This document shows, piece by piece, positions 41,401-53,821 of a stretch of DNA of 60,000 bases; position 1 is the first letter of the stretch, and each line of letters begins with the position of its first letter. Source of the stretch: Lytechinus pictus. Lineage: Eukaryota. Under the pieces are notes generated by a model. It made no database searches, was not told the origin of the DNA, and was given only the letters and a program-made list of their open reading frames with translations. Both the position numbers and the translations under genes were made by a program. The stretch is taken from assembly GCF_037042905.1 (NCBI RefSeq), contig NC_087250.1, positions 6,016,001-6,076,000 on the forward strand. The letters run 5' to 3'.

Positions 41401-44400
41401 GTGAAACGGATTCAAGACGATTTTCTTTTCGCGGGAAAGGTATGATTGTCTTGTCACTGGTTTCTAAAGAAACTGGCCAAACATCCGTTTTGCTAAACCT
41501 TGATTTAGATTGGCCACTGGGCCATGTTACCATAATTATTTCTTTGATGGGAAAGTTGTCTTAATCGTAAAATTTTGATTATGAAAAAGGCTTAAGATCT
41601 ATAAACCAATATTTGTAGGATCAACTGAAAATAAATTAATCAGAAACAGTCGAAAATAAACCCTTGGGCTTACTTAATGCCCCAGTTACACCAATAAAAC
41701 AGACGCGACACATAAGAAAGCTCTTGCGATATGTTTATGACATACTTTGGTCAATTTGAGGGTCCGCCAATAGTGTGACTACAGCAAAATACAATAAATC
41801 AAAGTAGGAAGTTTATCGCTTATCTTGAAAGTCTGAGAGTCGAACGCGTTGATAAGAAATTCGATAGACAAATACTTATGTCGAAAATAACCGTCCAAAG
41901 TCAGTTCTTAACTGTTAAGAACATGATCTTGCCGACAAACTTTACGTATAGGCCTATTGTGTTATCTTCATTGCCTTCATTGCCGACTTACCATAGCTCA
42001 TCACATGTTGTGCTTCTCATTCACACACTGTACATGTAGGCCCATTTGGTAAAAAGACCCTATAATTATACCTGAACCATTAAGTATAGGTCAACGCCTG
42101 AACTAATATAATTTACAGCGATATCGCACAACATATCTCCCCTTAGGTTACCCGAAATCGTAACTCTCAGGACATGTCTTTACTAAAATGATAGAAAGAG
42201 AAAAAATTGTACTAAAATAAAGAAGAAAAAAGGCACGTCAATTCCTACAGCAGAGTCTCGAGAACACCTGTAATCTTATTGCACTTTTTAATCTTACATG
42301 TAGATGTTTTTTATGTAAAATTACAGAAAATCGGTATTCCGTGTATGTTTATTGTAATACAACTGTTTTCGCCCCTTTTTTAAAATTTTAGAAAATTGTA
42401 TACAAAACTTTATTGTTATAACAATTTACAGAATGATTTGGTTATTTCTTTCTGTAAAATCTTCTGTTCTTTTTAATAGTTTATGAATTCGCTGCCCTCG
42501 ATGTCGAAGACAAAAATATTGATGAAGTATTTTCATTTTAAGCCTAAACCACCCCTCATTTAAGGCAAACTTCGACGAAACAGACCTCCACTAACACTTT
42601 TTCTTTCTCAGGGCAGCGTTTCATCAACATTTTTGTCTGACAAGTAGTCCGATCTGACAACAATCCTTGATTGTGATTGGCCGAGATACATTGTTACTAT
42701 GGTTACTGTCGGATGAAATGAGACTTCTTGTACAAATCGTCCGACAAGCATGACATTTATATCCTTCCCTGAGATGCTTCCCTCGAATGAGAGGGCAGGG
42801 GGGGGGGGGAGAAAATAATGTGGGGCCGGGGCAAAATGAGATAAATCCTCAATGCCGTTTGTCCCCTTCATTAACAAAATAATATTGGGGGCAATGGTTA
42901 CAAGAACGGGGGCCGGGATGCCCTTGCCCCTATACCCCTGTGCCACAACTAATCGAGTCGTTGGCTTAAAATAGAGAAATAAACCCTCTCCGGTCTATAC
43001 GGATAATAATATGAGGTCTGTAGCTTGGAGCTGCATGCAGTGGATTCAATACACTGATCTGAAAAGGTATAGTTTGTAGTGACTCATGAAGAAGAGAAGA
43101 TTCTGAGCGCGAGCTGAAAATTTTAAAATATACTGATTTAAAAAGTGACCTGTTAACAAGGTTAATGACGGTTTCCAGTGACTCATGAAAATTATGTACG
43201 TGTCACCAATCATAATAATGCGGGCGCGAAAAAGTTTTTAAAAGTTCAAAAATTTTGATTTTTCGACTTGTAAACTGGAAATATATGGCAATTTTAACCA
43301 TGTACAAAATAGTAAAATAGGTATCTAACCATAGAGCTATTAACCATAAACCTATAGCTCTAAGAAAAACCATAGAGCTATAATATCTCCATGATCTTAC
43401 TAAACAACTGATGCGAAGAACGAGCTGAAAATTTTAATTTTCCGACTAGAAAAATTGATGTTCTATGTGGAGGCTTACTTAATGTGTAACCATGAAGACA
43501 ATAGCTATCTGATCAAACGATTGAACTGAAGCGTGAAATTATTATTTTTTTTTATTTTACGACCTGACAAGTAGATATTCTGAGCACTTTTGACAGAATT
43601 GATACCCAATTTACAACTTGCCAATATGGGGACTAATACGGGCACTTAATCAGTGTTTTCTTTTTCAGCAAATAGCTGTGACTAAAAACTATTAAACGTC
43701 TAATCATTCTTCCGAGCGTTTCTACGTCAATACAAACTAAATAGATAGCGCTTAAAGGAATGTGAAACCTTTGGAATAAGTAGACTTGTGTCGAAACATA
43801 AAAATCAAAGAAACAGATCAACGAAGGTTTGAGAAAAATTGGACAAACAATGAGAAAGTTATGAGCATTTGAATATTGTAATCACTATTGCTATGGAGAT
43901 CCTCCTATCGGCAACGCGACAAGGATGTGTGATGTCACATGTTACCAACTTTCCCTTTGAATGACTATATAGATTACCCCCAAAATGTCTCTTTTTGCTT
44001 TTTCTTATGGTGGTACAAACTCTTTATCCATGATGTATTCTTTAAAAAATCTCTATCACATGCCCTCCTACAGAAAGAACACATGATCTAGTACTGATAG
44101 ATGTGATAAAAGAGGCAATTTAAATGAAATATATACTAAAGTAATGGGGAGAGTTGTTCACAAGTGACATCACACATCTTTGTCGCATTGCCAATATGAG
44201 GATCTCCATAGCATTAGTGATCGCAATATTCAAATGCTCATAACCTTCTCATTATTTGTCCGATTTTTCTAAAACTTTCGTTGATCTGTTTCTTTGATTT
44301 TTCTGTTTTCACACAAGCTATTTTGTTCCAAAGGTTTTATTCTCCTTTTAGCTCTTCGTGAAACGGATTCAAGACGATTTTCTTTTCGCGGGAAAGGTAT

Positions 44401-45406
44401 GATTGTCTTGTTACTGGTTTCTTAAGAAACTGGCCAAACATCCGTTTTGCTAAACCTTGATTTAGATTGGCCACTGGGCCATGTTACCATAATTATTTCT
44501 TTGATGGGAAAGTTGTCTTAATCGTAAAATTTTGATTATGAAAAAGGCTTAAGATCTATAAACCAATATTTGTAGGATCAACTGAAAATAAATTAATCAG
44601 AAACAGTCGAAAATAAACCCTTGGGCTTACTTAATGCCCCAGTTACACCAATAAAACAGACGCGACACATAAGAAAGCTCTTGCGATATGTTTATGATAT
44701 ACTTTGGTCAATTTGAGGGTCCGCCAATAGTGTGACTACAGCAAAAATCAATAAATCAAAGTATGAAGTTTATCGCTTATCTTGAAAGTCTGAGAGTCGA
44801 ACGCGTTGATAAGAAATTCGATAAACAAATACTTATGTCGAAAATAACCGTCCAAAGTCAGTTCTTAACTGTTAAGAACATGATCTTGCCGACAAACTTT
44901 ACGTATAGGTCTATTGTGTTATCTTCATTGCCGACTTACCATAGCTCATCACATGTTGTGCTTCTCATTCACATACATGTAGGTCTATTTGGTAAAAAAG
45001 ACCCTATAATTATACCTGAACCATGAGGTATAGGTCAATGCCTGAACTGATATAATTTACAGCGATATCGCACAACATAACTCCCCTTAGGTTACTCGAA
45101 ATCGTAACTCTCAGGATATGTCTTTACTAAAATGAAAGAAAATTTGTACTAAAAAAGGAGAAAAGGGCACGTCAATTCCTACAGCAGAGTCTAGAGAACA
45201 ACTGTAATCTTACTGCACTTTGTAATCTTACATGTAGATCTTTTTTATGTAAAATTACAGAAAATCGGTATTCCGTGAATGTTTATTGTAAAACAACCGT
45301 TTTCGCCCTTTTGTAAAATGGTAGAAAATTGTATAAAACTTTATTGTTTTAACAATTTACAGAATGATTTGGTAATTTCTTTCTGTAAAATCTGGTTTTT
45401 TTTTTT

Positions 45407-45634
45407 CAATTCTTCTTTAGTAAAATCTTCTGTTCTCTCTAACAGTGTGCGAAATCACTGCCCTCGATGTCGAAGACAGAAATATTGATTAAGCATTTTC
45501 ATTTTAAGCCGAAACTACCCCAATTCTTCTGTAGTAAAATCTTCTGTTCTTTCTAACAGTGTGCGAAATCACTGCCCTCGATGTCGAAGACAGAGATATT
45601 GATACAGTATTTTCATTTTAAGCCGAAACCACCC
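45407..45634. repeat. 114-bp direct tandem duplication specific to unit 5
   Basis: caattcttct...aagccgaaac(t/c)accc starts at 45407 and again at 45521. Confidence 0.9.
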
Positions 45635-45707
45635 CTCATTTAAGGAAAACTTCGACGAAACAGACCTCCACTGACACATGTTTTCCTGTTGGACGCGCAT
45701 TCATAGT

Positions 45708-45887
45708 GTGTGTGTGTGTATTTGAGTTTTGTCAGACGTGTATCAATCAGATATGATTATTTACGTCTGGGACCGACCTTTAACGTCGCCATCCGAAAGA
45801 CGTGACCAGGGCTCGAACCTCGAACCTCTGCATCAATGTGTAACTTCCCCACAGCTTGGATTACAGGCGCACGCCACAACGCCCAGT
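45708..45887 (-). mobile_element. SINE with 7SL-like 5' head, tRNA-type B box, Deu/Nin-like core and (CA)n tail
   Basis: The - strand reads ACTGGGCGTTGTGGCGTGCGCCTGTAATCCAAGCT...GGTTCGAGCCC...GTCTTTCGGATGGCGACGTTAAAGGTCGGTCCC...(CA)n. TSD ttcatagt at 45700-45707 and 45887-45894. Confidence 0.8.
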
Positions 45888-48037
45888 TCATAGTACAATA
45901 TCTAGCGAGTGGCCTTAAGGGGGCGTTTCATCAACATTTTTGTCTGACAAGTAGTCCGATCTGACAACACTCCTTGGTTGTGATTGGCTGAGAACATTGT
46001 TACTATGGTAACTGTCGGAGGAAATGAGACTTGTGGGATACATCGTCCGACCAGTCCTTTCATGAGATGCTTCCCTAGGATGAGGGGGCGGGGGTGGGGC
46101 AAACAAATAATGTTGGGCCCGGGCAAAATGAGATTAATCCTCTCCGTATTTTTCTTCATTAACAAAATAATATGGTTAATATAGTATGGGGCAAAGGTTG
46201 AAACAGTCAATGGGGGTCGGGATGCCCTTGCCTCGATACCCCCTGTGCCACCGCTGATCGAGTCGTTGGCTTGAAATACAGTTAAAAAACCCGCTCCGGC
46301 CGTCACGGATATCCCATACCCAGTTGCCAGTAAAAAACAAAACAATAACAAATAATATGAGGTCCGTAGCGAGGGGATGCAGTGGATTCAAATTTGAAAT
46401 TCAGTGACGAGTAGTACCCCGCCCCCTCCCCTCATCCGTGAAGAATATCGGACTAAATTTCTCCTAATGTGCTTACAAACGTAACATTATTATTATGATT
46501 ATGAGTCATTGGTCCCCAGAAAGTAATTTGATGAAAATGACACAATGTAAGAAGTAGTATTAAACATGGTATGCGATGGAAAATGATCAACGAACTAGAA
46601 ATAATAGGAAATATGATCGCACGTGATCACCTGAAATTGAGATAGACCAACATTTTCCTGAATCATCGAGTTTTTTTTTAAACCCAGTTCTTAAGCAATT
46701 CAACGGAGCTAAAATAATTAATTAACAAGGAGATATTTTTTTCTGTCAAAAATATGTAAAAATGATCCAGCCAGTATCATAGGCGTTTGTTTCTTTGCGT
46801 TCAAAGCAAACTAAAGATATATGATAAGTTTTTAGGTTAATCATTTTGTTTACATAGAATTATGGATCTAAAGTTCACTAATCACTAATCATAAACAGTA
46901 ATGATAACTATCACATGACTTAGAACGCGCCTCGTTTTGTAGTGTCCCCGATTGTACCCGTGAAAGTAGGCCTATACGTTTTAGTGTGGTAAAAAGGAAC
47001 AACAGATTCAAGAAATTCATTCTGATCAACCTCAACAACCTGTGTCTTTGGGAACGGTGCAATGAACTAAAATACTTCTGCTCCGAAACTAACTTTTTTG
47101 AAGTTTTCGTTAGACCTACGGATGTCTGACTGTGTTGTAGAGTATGAGGCAAAGTCGATTCGATGCGTGATACCATACTAATTCCGGTAGGCCTATAACT
47201 CAGCAGAATCAAGGTATTCAGAGTGCAGTATTATTGCAAGGTGATCATCAAGCAGCTGAAACTCCTGAAAGTCCGTTAAAGCAAGGATAAAATATCAATC
47301 AACCCGCCGCTGATGGAAACACATTTCGACTACCAAGAAATTTTTTTGAAGTTCAAATTAGACCTTACTTCGACTAGTATGATTTGAAGAACTGTTAGAA
47401 AATTTATCCTTAAAATAAAAGAAGTTCCTGGAGCAGAGTCTCGAGAACACCTGTAATCTTACCAGATTGCGTAATCTTACAGGAAATTAGTATTTGGTGT
47501 ATGGAATCTTCAAAATTTCCTTAAATAAAACACACTTTTCCCCTTTTCAAACAGACTTGTTCTGTTAAATTGCAGAAAAAATCCTGTATTCTAAATTAAC
47601 AGAATGATTTTGTTATTGCTTTCTGTAAAACCAGAGTTTTTTAACAGTGTAGGTGAAGTCTCATGAGTGGTCCCATACGACGTTTTTTGTATACAGGTGT
47701 GGATCTACCGAATCACGGAATCAAGTTAAGAGGTGATCTCCAAGCAGTTGGCAGTCTACAACACATTTTAAGCGTAGAACCATTATTCAATAGAAACACA
47801 TTTCTGCAATCAAAATAACTTATTTTCGGTTTACAGTAGACCCACGGTCGTCGGGCTCTGTTAGATTACTAGCTGGAGTCTGATGCATGCTGTCATTCAT
47901 TGGCCTGTATTAATCAACAAAATCATGACCTTGTAATGCATTTTATTGAGGTGATCAACAAGCAATTGTAACTTGATGCCAGGCAATTGGGCTGTGTTCA
48001 AGAGCGCATGATGAAATATAGTGAGTGACGTCATGCA

Positions 48038-51000
48038 ATGGCCAGTATGGATCGTCAAAATCAAGACCTTCAGAGAGCACTGTCGCGAGATGATCTTCCG
48101 GCGGTCATAGGCCTATTACAACAAGGTACTGACGTTAACCAACCAGATCAAAATGGAAATACTCCATTACACATGGCCGCACAACGTGGCAAGAAAGATA
48201 TCATGGAGTTTCTCATTAAACATGGTGGTGATGTAGAGAAAGAGAATGAAAATGGACAGACACCCTTACATCTTGTCACATCGCATGGAAACCTTGAAGC
48301 AATGAAAGTAATACTCAGCCACGGTGGAAATGTGTACAAAGAGGACAACATAGGCAACAGTGCATTACTCATCGGCGTAAAGAATGATCACAAGGATGTA
48401 GTGCGATACTTCCTCAGTCAAGGCACCAGTGTGAATAAGGTCAATAGTAAAGGATGGACACCCTTGTACATCGCTGCCGGTCGGGGCAAGATTGACATGT
48501 TGAAATACTTGATCAGTAAAGGAGCCGATGTACATTGTACACATGAAAACAATTTGTTGCCATTGGCAAACGCTTCATCAATTGGTCATGTAGAGGTAGT
48601 GAAGTATCTTCTAAGTCAAGGAGCTGAGGTGAATAAGGGAGATAATATTGGCTCGACTCCTTTACGCGTTGCTGCTCAAGAAGGTCATCTGGATACATGT
48701 GAATATCTGATCAGTCAAGGAGCTGAGGTGAATAAAGGGAGGAATGATGGTGGGACTGCATTACACAGTGCTGCTCAGAAAGGTCACCTCGATGTAACCA
48801 GATATCTGATCAATCAAGGAGCCGAGGTAAATAGGGTTGATGATGATGGTTACAGTGCATTGCGTGGTTCTGCTATAAATGGCCATATTGAGGTTACCAA
48901 ATATCTGATTAGTCAAGGAGCTGAGGGGAATAAGGGAGATAATATTGGCTCGACTCCTTTACGCGTTGCTGCTCAAGAAGGTCATCTGGATACATGTGAA
49001 TATCTGATCAGTCATGGAGCTGAGGTGGATAAAGGGAGGAATGATGGTGGGACTGCATTACACAGTGCTGCTCAGAGGGGTCATCTTAATATCACCAGAT
49101 ATCTGATCAGTAAAGGAGCTGAGGTGAATAGGGTAGATGATAACGGTTACAGTGCTTTGCGTGAATCTGCTTTCAGCGGTCATACAGAGGTCATCAAATA
49201 TCTCATTAGTCAAGGAGCTGAGGTGAATAAGGGAGATAATGAGGGCTGGACTTCATTACATCTTGCTGCTCAAGAAGGTCATCTGGATACATGTGAATAT
49301 CTGATCAGTCATGGAGCTGAGGTGGATAAAGGGAGGAATGATGGTGGGACTGCATTACACAATGCTGCTCAGAATGGTCACCTTGATATAACTAGATATC
49401 TGATCAATCAAGGAGCCGAGGTGAATAGGGTAGATGATGACGGTTACAGTGCTTTGCGTGAATCTGCTTTCAGCGGTCATACAGAGGTCATCAAATATCT
49501 CATTAGTCAAGGAGCTGAGGTGAATAAGGGAGATAATATTGGCTCGACTCCTTTACGCGTTGCTGCTCAAGAAGGTCATCTGGATACATGTGAATATCTG
49601 ATCAGTCATGGAGCTGAGGTGGATAAAGGGAGGAATGATGGTGGGACTGCATTACACAGTGCTGCTCAGAGGGGTCATCTTAATATCACCAGATATCTGA
49701 TCAGTAAAGGAGCTGAGGTGAATAGGGTAACTGATAACGGTTACAGTGCTTTGCGTGAATCTGCTTTCAGTGGTCATACAGAGGTCATCAAATATCTCAT
49801 TAGTCAAGGAGCTGAGGTGAATAAGGGAGATAATGAGGGCTGGACTTCATTACATCTTGCTGCTCAAGAAGGTCATCTGGATACATGTAGATGTCTGGTC
49901 GGTCATGGAGCTGAGGTGGATAAAGGGAGGAATGATGGTGGGACTGCATTACACAGTGCTGCTCAGAGGGGTCATCTTAATATCACCAGATATCTGATCA
50001 GTAAAGGAGCTGAGGTGAATAGGGTTGATGATGATGGTTACAGTCCATTGCGTGGTTCTGCTATAAATGGCCATATTGAGGTTACCAAATATCTGATTAG
50101 TCAAGGAGCTGAGGTGAATAAGGGAGATAATATTGGCTCGACTCCTTTACGCGTTGCTGCTCAAGAAGGTCATCTGGATACATGTAGATGTCTGGTCGGT
50201 CATGGAGCTGAGGTGGATAAAGGAAAGAATGGTGGTTGGACTGCATTACACAGTGCTGCTCAGAGTGGTCATCTTAATATCACCAGATATCTGATCAGTA
50301 AAGGAGCTGAGGTGAATAGGGTAGATGATAACGGTTACAGTGCTTTGCGTGAATCTGCTTTCAGCGGTCATACAGAGGTCATCAAATATCTCATTAGTCA
50401 AGGAGCTGAGGTGAATAAGGGAGATAATGAGGGCTGGACTTCATTACATCTTGCTGCTCAAGAAGGTCATCTGGATACATGTGAATATCTGATCAGTCAT
50501 GGAGCTGAGGTGGATAAAGGGAGGAATGATGGTGGGACTGCATTACACAATGCTGCTCAGAATGGTCACCTTGATATAACTAGATATCTGATCAATCAAG
50601 GAGCCGAGGTGAATAGGGTTGATGATGATGGTTACAGTCCATTTTGTGGTTCTGCTATAAATGGCCATATTGAGGTTACCAAATATCTGATTAGTCAAGG
50701 AGCTGAGGTGAATAAGGGAGATAATATTGGCTCGACTCCTTTACGCGTTGCTGCTCAAGAAGGTCATCTGGATACATGTGAATATCTGATCAGTCATGGA
50801 GCTGAGGTGGATAAAGGGAGGAATGATGGTGGGACTGCATTACACAGTGCTGCTCAGAGGGGTCATCTTAATATCACCAGATATCTGATCAGTAAAGGAG
50901 CTGAGGTGAATAGGGTAGATGATAACGGTTACAGTGCTTTGCGTGAATCTGCTTTCAGCGGTCATACAGAGGTCATCAAATATCTCATTAGTCAAGGAGC

Positions 51001-53083
51001 TGAGGTGAATAAGGGAGATAATGAGGGCTGGACTTCATTACATCTTGCTGCTCAAGAAGGTCATCTGGATACATGTGAATATCTGATCAGTCATGGAGCT
51101 GAGGTGGATAAAGGGAGGAATGATGGTGGGACTGCATTACACAATGCTGCTCAGAATGGTCACCTTGATATAACTAGATATCTGATCAATCAAGGAGCCG
51201 AGGTGAATAGGGTAGATGATGACGGTTACAGTGCTTTGCGTGAATCTGCTTTCAGCGGTCATACAGAGGTCATCAAATATCTCATTAGTCAAGGAGCTGA
51301 GGTGAATAAGGGAGATAATATTGGCTCGACTCCTTTACGCGTTGCTGCTCAAGAAGGTCATCTGGATACATGTGAATATCTGATCAGTCATGGAGCTGAG
51401 GTGGATAAAGGGAGGAATGATGGTGGGACTGCATTACACAGTGCTGCTCAGAGGGGTCATCTTAATATCACCAGATATCTGATCAGTAAAGGAGCTGAGG
51501 TGAATAGGGTAACTGATAACGGTTACAGTGCTTTGCGTGAATCTGCTTTCAGTGGTCATACAGAGGTCATCAAATATCTCATTAGTCAAGGAGCTGAGGT
51601 GAATAAGGGAGATAATGAGGGCTGGACTTCATTACATCTTGCTGCTCAAGAAGGTCATCTGGATACATGTAGATGTCTGGTCGGTCATGGAGCTGAGGTG
51701 GATAAAGGGAGGAATGATGGTGGGACTGCATTACACAGTGCTGCTCAGAGGGGTCATCTTAATATCACCAGATATCTGATCAGTAAAGGAGCTGAGGTGA
51801 ATAGGGTTGATGATGATGGTTACAGTCCATTGCGTGGTTCTGCTATAAATGGCCATATTGAGGTTACCAAATATCTGATTAGTCAAGGAGCTGAGGTGAA
51901 TAAGGGAGATAATATTGGCTCGACTCCTTTACGCGTTGCTGCTCAAGAAGGTCATCTGGATACATGTGAATATCTGATCAGTCATGGAGCTGAGGTGGAT
52001 AAAGGGAGGAATGATGGTGGGACTGCATTACACAGTGCTGCTCAGAGGGGTCATCTTAATATCACCAGATATCTGATCAGTAAAGGAGCTGAGGTGAATA
52101 GGGTAGATGATAACGGTTACAGTGCTTTGCGTGAATCTGCTTTCAGCGGTCATACAGAGGTCATCAAATATCTCATTAGTCAAGGAGCTGAGGTGAATAA
52201 GGGAGATAATGAGGGCTGGACTTCATTACATCTTGCTGCTCAAGAAGGTCATCTGGATACATGTGAATATCTGATCAGTCATGGAGCTGAGGTGGATAAA
52301 GGGAGGAATGATGGTTGGACTGCATTACACAGTGCTGCTAAGAAAGGTCACCTCGGTGTCACCAAATATCTGATTAGTGAAGGATCTGAGGTCAATAAGG
52401 GAAATAATATTGGCTCGACTCCTTTACACGTTGCTGCTCAAGAAGGTTATCTTGATACATGTGAATATCTAGTCAGCCAAGGAGCAGAGGTTGAAAAGGT
52501 AGATGGAGATGGTTGGACACTCTGTGGTGCTGCTCGAAACGGTCACCAATTTATCACTAAATATTTGATCGAACAAGGTGCTAAGGTGAATGATAGATAT
52601 AGCAATGGTCGAACTGCGTTACATATTGCTGCTCAGAATGACCATCTTGAAGTCACCAAATGTCTCATAAGGCATGAGACAGATGTTAATACGACCGATA
52701 TTCAGGGATGGACCCCCTTACATGTTGCTGCTGAAGGCGGCCATTTTGATATATGCAAGTATCTAATCGGTCAAGGAGCTGAGGTTAATTATGCTGATAA
52801 CAAGGGCTGCACAACTTTACACTTTGCTGTTGAAAGTGGCAATCTCGATATCACTAAGCATTTGCTTCGTCAAGGAGCTAAGATTAACAAAGAAAATTAC
52901 CAGGGTGATACACCATTACATATTGCCGTTAAGCAAGGTTTCATCGAGCTTGTTCAAGTTCTACTTTTAGGAGGAGCATATTGTTTTTCTGATGACAAGG
53001 ACGACCAGACAGCATTACATCAAACGTTGACTCTTGGGTTCAAAGATATCACCGATCTACTCATTGCTGATTGGAATTCAAAG
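48038..53083 (+). CDS. Ankyrin-repeat/ZU5/UPA-like protein, first coding exon (~50 ankyrin repeats, 1682 codons)
   Basis: 5-kb ORF of 33-aa GxTxLHxAAxxGHLxxxxYLISxGAEVN repeats. Donor AAG|gtatta at 53084, phase 0. Confidence 0.95.
48610..52400 (+). repeat. Coding tandem array: 297-nt (3-ankyrin) unit, ~12.7 copies
   Basis: Near-identical nucleotide triads. The unique variant gtaactgataac recurs at 49727 and 51509 (offset 1782 = 6x297). Confidence 0.97.
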
Positions 53084-53573
53084 GTATTAATATTATCGTT
53101 ATTACCATCATCATCATTTATAATATAATTATTATTTTCCAGTAGTTGCAGAGTAGTAATATAGTAGCGTTCAATATTCAATTCAACTCTAGTTGACAAC
53201 AAAGACTACACAGGCTACAGAATAGTATAACGAATACAATAATAATGAAAGAGAAAAATAAGATACAATAATGAATTATTTGAATTATGGGAATGTGTTT
53301 GAACGCAATAGAAATCTTTAAGGCTTGTCGAGTAAACTGTTTTCGAGGAAATATAAAGTAAATTACATTACAATGTAGAATATATTTTTGAAATTATATT
53401 CCTATTCATATTGATACAATGTAATACTTGTGTATGGCATATCAACAGAAAAGAAAAAAAAAACGTCTAATTTTATCTATGGTCTTGGGTAGGATTACAC
53501 GTACTAAGATAATTCGGTCATTTTGGCTCACGTGTCAATTGATAAAATGCGTTCCATATTTCAATCCATTCAG

Positions 53574-53756
53574 AACAATCTACCGGTTCTCCACATTGCT
53601 GTCCTCCGCGGTGATGCGTCCCTGGTAGAGAAATTAATCTCTTACGGGTGTGATATTAACACTCAATCAATTTATGGTCAGACGTGTCTACATAAAGCCA
53701 TTAAGTTATGCTACATGACTGAGAGGACTGTGAAGGAAACTGAAATTTTGCAAAAG
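53574..53756 (+). CDS. Exon: ankyrin repeats (NNLPVLHIAV...GQTCLHKAI...ILQK)
   Basis: Acceptor ttcag|, donor AAG|gtgaca. 183 nt, phase 0/0, ankyrin motifs. Confidence 0.88.
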
Positions 53757-53821
53757 GTGACATGGGCATGCATGTAGATGTACATGTAGAAATAGAGTTT
53801 ACAAGAGTTCGACCAAAAAAG

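Larger units (their letters stand above)
31878..46390. repeat. Five-unit ~3-kb tandem array
   Basis: Marker tctgaaaaggtata recurs at 31878, 34136, 37118, 40101 and 43058 (units of 2258, 2982, 2983 and 2957 bp). The last unit ends at gcagtggattcaa ~46390. The same spurious ORFs recur in the ORF track. Confidence 0.97.

Noticed and set aside
45708..45887. Human Alu contamination, or a genuine tRNA or 7SL gene
   Set aside because: Similarity to Alu/7SL stops after ~45 nt, and there is no dimer, poly-A or full cloverleaf. The element is embedded with a TSD in host repeat sequence.
881..47212. Numerous 60-150-aa ORFs in the ORF track
   Set aside because: They are low-complexity or fall in MITEs and simple repeats, and show no recognisable domains. 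Repeated ORFs in 32-46 kb merely reflect the tandem array and are broken by stops or frameshifts between units.
53084..53128. C-terminal VLILSLLPSSSFII* of the 1696-aa ORF
   Set aside because: Read-through into an intron: there is a GT donor at 53084, and in-phase downstream ankyrin and ZU5 exons exist.
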